In this document: positions 24,692 through 35,863 of the stretch, in pieces
How positions within the stretch are numbered: position 1 is the stretch's first letter
Layout: each line of letters opens with the position of its first letter
Assembly (NCBI GenBank): GCA_964035575.1
Contig: OZ037845.1
Location: 1,674,001-1,738,000 of the forward strand
Reading direction: 5' to 3'
DNA length: 64,000 nt
Origin: Rhynchopus sp. YZ270_cl-10
Lineage: Eukaryota
Notes under the pieces: model-generated
Databases searched by the model: none
The model's input: the letters and a program-made list of their open reading frames with translations, nothing else
Told to the model about the DNA's origin: nothing
Position numbers and translations under genes: made by a program

Positions 24692-26654
24692 GAAAAGAAA
24701 GGGTCGTTCTTTAAGGGGGTAATGGGGGGTTAAGAATTTGTGGTAAAAAGAAAAGGGGTTTGGTGTCTATGTATCAAGTGTTTTTCCCCCTCTCGTTTTT
24801 TACACCGTTGTTCTAACTTCGGGGTCTACGTTATTTTATGTGTTCTGTGAATATTGTTTTGGTTTTCTGTTTTTTGTGTTATTTCCATCAGACATACCTT
24901 CAGACAAGCAGCATGTTGTAGAACACGTGTGTTCTGTCTGTGTTTCGTATGTGCTCCAAAGTAAAGTCTTTCCCGAACAAGTTTCTTTTCTTTCTTTTCT
25001 TTTAAGGCTAAAGGGTATAAAGAGGCCACGTGGCTTGCCGAGTGGTTTGTGAACCGCCTCCGTTCTCTTACGGTACGGACCACTCATGTCTCACCCTTTG
25101 AATGAGCTCGACTGAGATGCGTTTTAGCACGTTTCAACCACTCTTTCTTTTCAGTTTTTCTATTGTACCATCTATTCAGTAGAATAGTTGGTACATGAAA
25201 CAAGTTTTTCTTTTCTGATGTTGTCACCGTACAAATGAAGAGACAACACAAGAAACGAAGAAAAAAATATATAGCGGACTTATGGGGTTTTGAGCATTCA
25301 GGCAAAGGGACGCAAGCTCCGGCTGCTACAAGCCACCTCATGTGCATATGACAATTATTCCTCCCCCCTAGGACCCCCTATCCCGCTATCCCGCTATCCC
25401 CCTCTCCCCGAACATATCTTTTTCTGTATTTTTTGTCCGCACAAAAAGCCGTCTTTTTTGAGGCGGTTTTGTTAAACAATACGTTGTCAAAAAAAGTGAG
25501 CTGTATGGCTCACGACCGGGCATAGGGTGAAATAATGGCTTGTTCCAAAATTGGTAGTAACCATTTACGAAAATTTTATTACCCCTAAAAAACCGAAAAA
25601 TAGGGTCAAAAGCAACACCCCCTTCGGCGCTCGCTGGCATTTTTCCCCCTCCCTCGGGTGCTCCCGCACCCCCCTCACCCGAAAAACCTCCAATTTATTT
25701 CGTTGTGGTGCTGAACACAATTCAACCCGTTTCTTGGATACGTTTAAGGTGGTCAAGCATGCAATGATTAGGTTCATCTATCAATTCTCCCTTTTTGTTT
25801 TTGGGCTTTCAAAAAGACCCATACCCCCGCAGTGATGCCCTGCCCCCTTTAAGGTGACTGAGCAGGGTCATCTTAGTAATACATACTTTCTTTTTTAATC
25901 AATCCAATCAAGGTGACTAAGCAGGCTTAGATTCATCTATTATTCCGTTCTAAAGATGTGTGTGTGCATCTGACATCTGACACATTCATCTCACAAAGTT
26001 TCTTCTTTTTAATTGGAGTGTTTTGCACAGGCCGTAGTTGAAAAGGTTTGCATTTATTATCACTTTTCGATTTTTCTTTTTTTGCATTGATTTCCCCCTC
26101 TTTTTGTGCGATCGCCAGTATTTTTTTTTTGGTCAAAAAACAAGCTTCCCTGCAAAGGACGTTAAGAGCATCTGCAGTGCACCTATATTGCTTATGCCTT
26201 AGAAAAAAAAGCATATTGTAGTTCCCAATGAGACCACATGGCCTTTCTCTACCTTATTGCCTTTTTTTTCCCTTTGCAAAAAGGCGGGCTGCCTACACAG
26301 TTTGATCATACATTCGTGTGCGCCCACACAGCAACGTTGCCTTGGGTGTGTGCAGGAGGGTGGGTAGAGATTAATGCTTTAGCGTGCACGGCCTTCCTTC
26401 TGTTTCGCATTGTGTAGTTCACATGCCAGAGGGTTGTATCCCCTGCTATCTGCTTATTGCTTGCAGTTCGTTCCGTCGCAAAGGTCATTACCATTGGCAC
26501 ATTGCGTGGGATTTAGCAAGCCTGATCGCCCACATAAGCTTCATAGGTGCCACCCCGAAGGAAGATGGTGTTTATGTACATGATTTTTGTTAAACATATT
26601 GTGTCATTTTGTAACAAAAATATGATAGACAAGTGCGGTATGGTAAGAAAAAAA

Positions 26655-26710
26655 GGAGAGTGGAGATTGCACAACTGTGGCAACACAACCGAGGCAAACT
26701 GCACTACTCC
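26655..26710 (+). repeat. 56-nt structured repeat capped by a GCAA tetraloop, copy 1
   Basis: Differs from 32948-33003 at only two positions. Helices GGAG/CTCC, AGTG/CACT, TTGC/GCAA, TGTG[GCAA]CACA. Confidence 0.75.
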
Positions 26711-27366
26711 AACAGCTTATCAAAGAAAAAAAAGAAAAACGACCCTTCATACGTAGGTGTTGAAAAACCATTACCAATCTGACCTCATTTCACATAACGA
26801 AAAAAAAGGTTCTTGCCCTTTGGGCACAAAACAAATATTTTTTGTTTTTTTTGCATATCAACTTCCTGACAGGAAATAGAAAGTGACAGAGAAGAGGTGA
26901 GTTCTTACAAGTTTGTCTGCTTGTTTGTTTTTAATCTGCTTCAGAAAAAAACGCAGCAACTTGTAGAGCATAAAACAACCCCTGTTTTCATCCTTTTTAT
27001 TTCCTCCAACTCAGTACTTTTCGGTTCGCTTAGACTGCAAAGTATATGAATCAGTCTGAATGTCAGGCTCAATATTATTTTTTTGTACACAACAATTCAG
27101 CGCAACACCAGCAACGCAATATACGAACTGAAATTGTTACCCCCCCTGCCACCCTACCCCCACCCAACCCTGCATTATCTTTTTCCATGTTTCTGTGTCG
27201 CACTGTGGGCTTCAAAGGGAAGGCATCTCTTGCCCCTTGGCAGTTCCTAGCCTCTCATCTCAAATGACATTCTCTGGGTTGATCATCTTACAGGTTTGCG
27301 TTCTTTCAAGGTGACTCAGTGCAAAGTGTAGTTGAGGCTTAGGTTCATCTTACTGAACAATTCTTT

Positions 27367-27408
27367 AGGTACACTGTCACGAGAGGGCTTTGTATTTGAA
27401 ATCAACTT
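27367..27408 (+). repeat. Dispersed GNRA hairpin, family C (GGTACA-CT-GTC-A-C[GAGA]G-GGC-TT-TGTATT...TCAACTT)
   Basis: Related copies at 11144-11187 and 21103-21150. Same loop as families A and B. Confidence 0.75.
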
Positions 27409-28491
27409 TCTTCTTTTTAAGGCAGTTTTTCTGATACCTGCATCCGCGAGAGGCATTTGCAATTTGCAACATTCTTCTTGTGGGTCTACACGAATCCGAA
27501 TGGACTGGCAAACGTGACACTTCTCAGATCATCATTGTTCCGAAGGGTTCACGCCGTATGGCCAGCACCTACGGGTTTGCAGGGATATTTCTTCCAAGGT
27601 GGCCAAGCAAGAGGCCTAGGTGCATCTTACAAACATTTCTCTTTCTGGAACAACACAACAGTTCGTGTCATGACTCTAAAAGGTCGCAATGGGGAGGAAG
27701 TATCTGCACAGCGTGTAGGGAATGCTGGTGTATTAAAGTTCCCCCCTTTTTTTTTTGGCTGAACCATGACCCTAAGTCCCCGTGAACACCATACCATCAG
27801 TTATCACAAAATTCGGTGCTCTTCACGTTCGCAAATGGAGAGTGTGCTTTTGCAACGAAGCTAAGGTGCAATTTATTCTGGAAAAAGAAGATACAATTAA
27901 AGGACTGAACTTGTTTCCCTTTTTTGTATATTTTTTTCAACCAGCGATCTCGTATTGAGCGCCTCGATACAGATTCCTTTAATACAGCAAACGTGACGCG
28001 GATGGGATTACACTGCCACCTGCAAGCCAAGCTGCCATTACGGGGCTCAAAGAAGCCCATTGCCCTTGCAATCAATTCGGCCCAGAAGAAAGGACAATTT
28101 TGTCACCATTTTACTTTTGTGATGACTTTTTATGTGCAAAAACCCAGTGGATTTTTTAGGTGTTAGTTTAGCTCTTTATCAGGTTTAGATGTGCGTGTAG
28201 GTTCATCTTTCGTTTTTTTTTTTTAGTTTGTGGGGGGTATGTAACTTTGTGTATTAGTGTGTAAAATTTGACCGGCCCTTTGGGTGAAAAAAAAAGAGTG
28301 AGGGGAGTTGGGTCCAGTCATAGGGGGTATAGCATATTTTTTGGAAAATTCTTCAAAAAAACAAGAATTTTTGCTGGGCACAATGAAATTTTCAGAAAAA
28401 TCCCAATTTTCGGCCAAATTTGGAGCAAATTATGGCCCACCCACCCCGATTTTGGGTCAAAAACCGACTTCATTTTTGCACAGGAGTGCCT

Positions 28492-31021
28492 TAGGCCTCC
28501 CCAAAATCGTCTACCCCAAAAATAAAAGACATAAAAGACATAAAAGACGTATAAAAGACATAAAAGACATATAAAAGACGTAAAAGACATATAAAAGACC
28601 ATGGTGGTATACATGCACTCGTAGAGGTCACTGGCTGGAGGGGAACAGTGGAGAAGGGTACAAATGGGTTTTTCTGACGTTTTTGATATTTTTGCTTCTG
28701 ATCTTGATTTTTTGGTTTTTTTTTTTCCCTTGTAGAGAGGGTAAACAGTGGCTATTTTTGCCTGCTCTTTATCTTGTCATGCAAACACGTGCTTACAGCA
28801 CTCATCTTGTGCAAACGCTGGATATCCAGGCACTCGCGGCCGTCACTGATTCTTCCCATCATGGAGAAGAACCTCTCCTGGTTGGCCGAGTGCGGAACTA
28901 TGCGACAGTATTTCACTCCCAGCGCTGGAAGTGACGTGCCTCTCATCAGCTTAGCTGCAATTCTCCACCAATCTTCAGGCTGTCGTGAGGAAAATAGAAG
29001 GAAGTGTTTATTTTTGATCACATACGTTCTTCTGTTTGGCATTAGCCCACATGCTGGTGCTCTGGTACTTGCCCTCTTTGGTCATGAAGTCGACCAGCTC
29101 CTGCTCCGCTTGCTCTCCCCCAAGGGTCTTCACTGCTTTCTCAGCTTTGTTCAGGTACTCAGCAGGGTCGAAGAGTTTCAAGAAGGGGGTCAGCAACGAC
29201 GGTTCTTTCACTTCTTGTTCGATGTAGAGGCTGGGGTGGAGAATCATGGCGGTCAGGCAGACGGGGCAGTTCTCGTAGCGGGTTTTGCGTTTGTCAAGTG
29301 ACTCTACTACCGTGTCGAACTTCTCTTGCAACGTGGGGGGCACCGTCAGTGTGTTGAAGTACTTCTTCATCGCCCACCAGCACGGAATCACCTGTCCCAG
29401 CCTTGCCTCATCGCCCTCTAGCATCAGGATTAGCGCATTCACAGGCTTCAACAGTTTTAGGGTAAAATGGAATTCCTGGAAGAACCCCATGTCGTCGAAA
29501 AGCCTCGTGATTTGAGGATATTGCCTCTTGAGGGATGCCTCCTCGGGGTCGTCGTTGATGGCGCGCAACACCTCGATGTTCCCTGCAATGTCCTCGAACG
29601 CGGTGCAGGTCGTCAACCAGCGGACATCCATGGGTGCATGGGGAAGTCCCTTGTTGGTGGAGTTCAACTCCACTTGTTTCTTCAGGTACGTTTTACGAAA
29701 TGATTCCGTATTCCTGATAGCGGAGATCATTGCGTGTACCCACTCCGACACGTGTGTAAAGGGCATCTTTACAGGCTTTTTGTTCTTCTGCCTGAACCCG
29801 ATTGTGTCGTTTAAAAAACGATTGGCACAATGACACACGCACAAAATACACACAATCCCGTTCGCCTCGGCCCACTGTTTCGCTGCTGACCACACATTCG
29901 AGCCCCCATCAACCACCACAGCCACCCATTTGACCCCTGTCCTCTCCGACCCTACTTTCTGGAAGTATGTAAGCAGGATGGCGGCGGTGAAGCTCTTCTC
30001 CTCCATTGTCGCCGTCTCAAGGTTGAGGCGCCACGGAGCTGTTGCGGTAAACGAGATCACATGGTCTTTGTTGTGCCGTGACAACCAAGCATCGGCGTGG
30101 AGGACGACGTATTCCTCCTTTTCGAGCTGCTGAATGAGGGGGGTGACTTCTTCGTCGTACACGGCATTCAGCAACGAGTCTCGCAACATGTCATCGGTCG
30201 CAATGTGTCTCACCGTCCCCCGCAATTCACGGACAAAATCTTTAAAAAAAGGGTTGCGGGTTTGGTTGAACGGAATATTTCCGGAGAACCACCAGCGCGC
30301 TTGCGCCATGTCGATGCGCGTCTGCTGTGTGGCGGTTGTTGCAGGAGAGACGTGAAGCAACGACTGACGCTGTCTTTTGGGAAGAGGAGGAGCGGGAACT
30401 AAATCGGAGGTCTGAGTTCTTGGGGGTTCTGTGAGGTTGGATGAAGGCAGCACTGGCTCATCCGCATCGATCACGGTAGGTGGTGCTGGTGGTTCTTCCC
30501 CTGGCACTGGGTTGGCAGCTGTGACTTCGTTCCCCTGCGCTGGAGCAGCTTCCTCGTCGTCGTCGTCGTCCTCTGCGTCGGCTTCATCCCTCTTCCTCTT
30601 CCTCTTCCTCTCCAGTGCCGCAAGCTCGTCCTTCGCTCTCTTCTTCTGCGCGTCCGTAGCTTGCTCGCAATGCAAAATGTGACCTTTCCTGCGTTCAGCG
30701 TTTGAAGATTTACCCATAGTGTCTCCGCACTCGCACTCTAGCTTCCCCGAGACAATCTTCAACAGATCCCCAGTCCAACATTTTGCCTTCGGCATCTTTT
30801 TTTCTTTTTTTTATTTAATGTTCCTCAATAAACCTTCTGTGGTGTGAAATGAAGTGTGGGGTTGGGGTTGGGGTTAGGGTGGTGTTCTGCAGCTTACGTC
30901 AAAACAATGTCTTTTATGTCTTTTATGTCTTTTATCCCCAAAAACCCAGATTTTAAAAGACATTAAAAGACGTAAAAGACGTAAAAGACGTCTTTTATAT
31001 AAAAGACGTTGGGGAGGCCTA
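28492..31021 (-). mobile_element. Autonomous hAT DNA transposon, 2530 bp
   Basis: 13-bp perfect TIR TAGGCCTCCCCAA. 8-bp TSD GAGTGCCT at 28484-28491 and 31022-31029. Arrays of TAAAAGAC(A/G) subterminal repeats at both ends. Encodes a transposase. Confidence 0.95.
28752..30795 (-). CDS. hAT transposase (665 aa after splicing)
   Basis: Exons 30795-29026 and 28979-28752 with a 46-nt GTATG...ACAG intron. N-terminal C2HC finger, VLHADAW (D), VVVDGGSN (D), CVCH, RW, WW, SANQERFFS (E) hAT motifs. Confidence 0.92.
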
Positions 31022-31404
31022 GAGTGCCTACGATTTCGTAAACCAGAGGTCCTCTGGATGCATGCATTGATAAACACAACACTGGAAATTGCAAGGAACG
31101 GGTCTGCATGTGCGTGTTCTCTAGCCACTACAGTCACAGGGTATGCACAAAATGACCGTATTGTGGCTGAATTTTGACTTGCGAATTTTTTTCGCGAACA
31201 TCTATTTCTGAGGTTTTCTTTGGATTCTTTGGGCCATTTTATGACCTACCACGCCCGATTTTGGGCGATAAAACAAAATTTTGTCAGGTCAAAAACCGCC
31301 TAGTACTTGTGCACCCCCAGATCTTCAAAACACCCGATTTTTGCGTTTTTTTTGCACTTTTTGGTGCCCAAAAACCCAACTCAGGGGTCGAAATTTTCCC
31401 GAAA

Positions 31405-31845
31405 AAAAAAATTTTTTTTTTTTTTTTGAGATTTTTCGATTTTTTGACAAGGCGCTGGCCCATACAAAATGCACTGGTGGTACAGAAAAATGGCCGGGGA
31501 ATAAACTCTAGATGCTCAAAACAGCTCAATTCTTGCTTTTTTTGACTTTTTGGTCCCAGAAGGGTACATAGGGTGTAGTGAGCAGGCCTCAAAAACACTT
31601 GTGAAAAAAATTTGGGATTTTTTTTTTTTTGAGATTTTTCAATTTTTCGACAAGGCGCTGGCCCGTACAAAATGCACTGGTGGTACAGAAAATGGCTGGG
31701 GAATAAACTCTAGATGCTCAAAACAGCCCAATTCTTGCTTTTTTTGACTTTTTGGTCCCAGAAGGGTACCTAGGGTGTAGTGAGCAGGCCTCAAAAACAC
31801 TTGTGAAAAAAAAAATTTGGGATTTTTTTTTTTGAGATTTTTGAA
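31405..31845. repeat. Tandem duplication, period ~203 bp, ~2.1 copies
   Basis: GAGATTTTT..GACAAGGCGCTGGCCC...GCAGGCCTCAAAAACACTTGTG repeated at 31428 and 31631, with a third start at 31834. Confidence 0.85.
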
Positions 31846-31920
31846 AAATCGGCCGATTTTGCGACCAATTTTGGCTGGGAAATTTCGACGACCAAAGGGT
31901 CCCCCCTGTGGTTTTTTTCA

Positions 31921-32045
31921 AAAAATCGGGTTTTTTTGTGTATAAATAGTACCCGGTCAAAATGCCGGTCAAAATGGGGTGCCGGTCAAATTACATACCC
32001 TATTTTGACCGGGTACTATTTGTACACAAAAATACCCGATTTTTT
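31921..32045. repeat. 43-bp near-perfect inverted repeat in the subterminal region
   Basis: AAAAATCGGGTTTTTTTGTGTATAAATAGTACCCGGTCAAAAT at 31921-31963 versus its reverse complement at ~32002-32045. Confidence 0.8.
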
Positions 32046-32947
32046 CGGGAATTTTTGACAACACACTGGTTAAGTGACCGGTCAGAACCGGTCAAATTAC
32101 ATACCCCCCTGTCGGTAAGTTCTTCCACATTCTTCCAAAGACACGGTGTCGTACCCCTCCCAATCTTAACCCGCATACCTCTGCTGACACATCACTGTTG
32201 GTGGTTTTTCTTTCTATATGTTCCCCCCCCCCCGCAGCTATCCTTTTGTGCTCATGTTGCCTGTTGTGTTGCCCACATTCGTTTCCGAACTGTGGACAAG
32301 AAGTAGGTGGACAAACCACCCTTATGTAGCAAGATTGTACAGAGTATTGAATACCTCCCCTCTTCAGTGTCCCCTAAAAAAAGGTTGGCTGTATGTACCA
32401 AAAAAAGTGCATACAATTTTTGTCAGACCAGAGCTTTAACATTGAAGTACTTTGTCTTGCCAGTAACTGCTACCCACTGTGCACGTAAAGTGTGAAAAAT
32501 TTGTACAGTCCTACAACAAACACCGTGTAGGGTAACAACTAAGGTGTTTTGGGGTTTTCAAAAAACTCTGAGGGTTTTTACCCCCGATGATTTGTTGTGT
32601 GACTGTAGATGGGGTACCCGCAAACCGGCATTGCAACTTAGTTCAGAGTTGTGCACAGGAGAGAAGATGTTTGTCAAAAAGATGCTTACACGAATTTGAA
32701 GGATACGTGGTCATCCCTTTGTATGGTGATTGAATGTTTTCAGCTTATAAATGAACGAAAGAAAGTACAGATTGCACCATTGCGCTGACTACACTTTTTT
32801 CCATAGTATTTCTCTGGTACTGATGTCCGTACGGCGTGTGTTTTCATTGCAACCTTCAATTCCCAACCTTACCCTTCTTTCACTTCACACCAACGTGGGT
32901 ACTTTATGCCGAGGATGTTGTATTGCCCAATTTCCAAAGTAAAAAAA

Positions 32948-33003
32948 GGAGAGTGGTGATTGCACAACTGTGGCAACACAACCGAGGCAAACTACACTAC
33001 TCC
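32948..33003 (+). repeat. 56-nt structured repeat capped by a GCAA tetraloop, copy 2
   Basis: Near-identical to 26655-26710. Confidence 0.75.
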
Positions 33004-33485
33004 AGCAATTTATCAAAAATTAAAGTAGTAAATGTCTGTATGGAAGCTGCACAATTCTCAAAACTCCAATTCCCGTAAAAATAACCCAGTTTTTTTTTCA
33101 CAAAAAAAATGAACCAAAAATAAGAATCTATGAAAAAAAACCCCTCCTGCGCTAAGCCCATCTCTGGATACCCTCCCCTCCCGAATTGAGGGGGTAAAAA
33201 AATAGACAAAAAAAATGGAAGATGCGAAAAACGGTGCGCAAACCACAATACAAAAGAAAACCACTCCCTTATCACGGTCTCCTCTCCTACCACCTACTAC
33301 CTACCACTAGCCTACCTATCACCTGACAAAAGCTTTTCTGAGCCATTTCGTTGCTTTTCTTTCACACTTTCACATAACCCACACCACATAACGTATACCC
33401 TCCACAGCCACACACCCCTTTCTCTTCCCCTCTCTTCCCTCCTCCATCACCACCTTGCTGCAGAGCACAGAGCAGAGCACCGCCA

Positions 33486-35058
33486 ATGGGGTGTTGCGAG
33501 AGCAGTACAAAGGGCCGCCCCAAGCAGGCGGTAGACAGCACAGAGGTGCACGGGAAGGATGACGACAATGTGGATGAGCACCACATGCATCAGACAGATA
33601 CGTCGTACCCAAGCGGCAAGGTGAAGTGCGCCAAGGCCCCAGAGACGTGGCCGTGGACGCGCCCGAAGCTTGACGAGAAGAAGGTAGGCGGACGCTGCAA
33701 GCGTGCAGGGGACTACTTCTACACAAAGGAGTACCTCAACTCCTTCCGCATCCTCAGTGCTGTAGAGGCGCAGGCGTACGAGGCCTACCAGAACAACGAC
33801 GAGCCACTCGCACGGCGCATCCTCAACAGCCAGAAGACGGACATCGGCGCTTCGAACGGCCTCCTGTACTCGCCCAACACAGACGCAACGTTGTCCCCAG
33901 AGGACATCGTGCTGTCGCCCGTCAACAAGAAGGAGGTCGAGCGTGTGCGTGGCGGATCGCTTGCAGGCAACGTAGTCAAGTCGCATGCCCTGGAGGACAA
34001 AGACGCGGACAAGCCAGAGAGCGCACCCAAGTCACCCCGCACAACACAGCGTCTCCTGTACGCAGTCAAGAAGTGCCCGCTGTTCTCCCACCTTAGCATC
34101 AACTTCCTCGAGCATGAGGTTGTTGTGGCGGTATGTTCTTTGTGGAGTTTTGGGGTGGAAGAGGCGTGTTTTGGATACCATGTGTCATCGTTTAAGGTTT
34201 CTTTACTTTGCCTTTGCCTTTGTGCTCATTGCTCACAACACACCACACAGGGAATGGAGCGTGTGGAGTTCAAACGCAGGGAGGTGATCCTCCGTGCAGG
34301 CGAGTTCCCTCCGGAGCATCGCCGTGGGTGGTATGTTGTTGCCGAGGGCAAAGTGAAGTGGACGTCGCAGGTGGTATGTGCCCCCAGACCTCCAGACCCT
34401 GCCACTCCTACCGTCACCCCACCCACAGGGTTCGGACGTGCGCTCGCCAGGAGAAAGCTTTGGAGAGCTCCTTGTGACGAACGTGACAACGAAGAGTGCG
34501 ATCGACGTGGAGACAGACCCGACACAGCCCACGGTGTGCTACTACCTGTCGCACGCGTCGTACTCAACGATGCTGTCGCGCATTGCACACCGCCGCCGCC
34601 AGACGTACAAGAAGGAGCTCAAGAAGGTCAAGGTCGGGAACACCTCGCCTTTCGGGAACATGAAGAGCCGCGAGTTGGCACAGCTTGCGGACTGCCTCAC
34701 AGAGCGGCTCTTCCCACCTGGGGAGATGCTGCTGAACTATGGCGAACAGGGCACATGCGCGTACTTCATCCTGAAGGGCACCGTGGAGGTCATTGGACGC
34801 GACAAGAACGGAAACCCCTTCCGTGTGTGCGAGTTCTCGCAGGGCGAAGATCCTGTGGGCTTCCTGGAGTTCTTCGATGGCACCGTCGCCAACAACATTG
34901 CTGATGTGCGGGCAAAGTCGAACGGACGCGGCGTTGTGACAGCGTGCATCACACGCGAACACTTCGAACGTTGCATGGGCCCCGCTAAGGACCTCCTCAA
35001 GAACGCCGCCGACACCAGCCATGTTTACGACTACTACAGGAACAAGAAGAAGACGTGA
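33486..35058 (+). CDS. PKA regulatory subunit-like protein (two cNMP-binding folds, euglenozoan type) with N-terminal dual-acylation motif
   Basis: MGCC start; RVRGGS inhibitor-like site; CPLFSHL; FGEL; GFLEFFDGTVANNIADVRA; HFERCMGP; DYY. Exons 33486-34130, 34251-34373, 34429-35058. Confidence 0.85.
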
Positions 35059-35863
35059 CATAAAGGATAGAACGACAATAAAACAAAGCCAAAAATAAAA
35101 TGAAAACAACACGCCCCGTCGACCCCCTTTGGAAGCAGAGGAGAAAAGGTCGCATTTTGTACACTATTCAGGTTGTGGGGACACGCTTTCCCAACTAATT
35201 TTTTTTTTTTTTTTTTTCACTATGTTTTTTTTTGGGGAGAATTTTGACCTATCACTAGATGCAACGGGAATGGACCCTTTCTTGACCATGTTGTTGACAC
35301 AAATGAAAAAGCCGTTGTTGGCAGTAGGCACATTCATCTTTCAAGGTTTCTTTGACAAACTAAATGATTTGTCTGTACCACAAGAACTACACCCCAGCTA
35401 TTTTTTATAGGTAACTAGGTGACTCTGCAGGCATAGGTTCAAACTACCAACTTTTCTCTTTCCCCCCCTCCCTTGCACTTCTCCCTTTCCTTTCGCCCCG
35501 TTTACACGTGGCGAAGGTGTATAGTCTTACGCTTACTTTCTTTTACATAAGGTGACTAAGCACGAGACTCGTTTGGTTCACTTTCAAACTTCCCTTCTCT
35601 CTTATTCTCACCAACAGAACGGTTTGTGTTTTACAAAAACCAAACCTTTGTAAAAAATACCCAATTTGAAGCAAATCTCATGAGGAAAAAATAAACACTA
35701 CCACAACTACGGGGGGAGACAACGTCTTTATTTCCCCCCCCCCCCCCCCCACAACACACAATGACTCCCCTCTCAAAAAAAATGCAAAAGCCTCTCCACT
35801 CTGTTTCATTATCCCCTACCTCCTCCTCCTCCTTCTTCTCTTCACGACATTACCCGCAGAAGA

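Larger units (their letters stand above)
28232..32111. mobile_element. Older non-autonomous hAT-like TIR element(s) hosting the intact hAT
   Basis: GGGGGGTATGTAA at 28232 matches TTACATACCCCCCTG ending at 32111. CCGGTCAAA subterminal repeats at 31952-32096. No TSD found, so the boundaries are uncertain. Confidence 0.5.

Noticed and set aside
28980..29042. Frameshift or pseudogenisation of the hAT transposase
   Set aside because: A 46-nt GTATG...ACAG intron joins the two ORFs in frame (KQKN|PEDWW).
30857..30880. Telomere-like GGGGTT/TTAGGG repeat
   Set aside because: Only about four units. On the transposase strand it is a C/A-rich tract ending in ACAG, like the host's splice acceptors.
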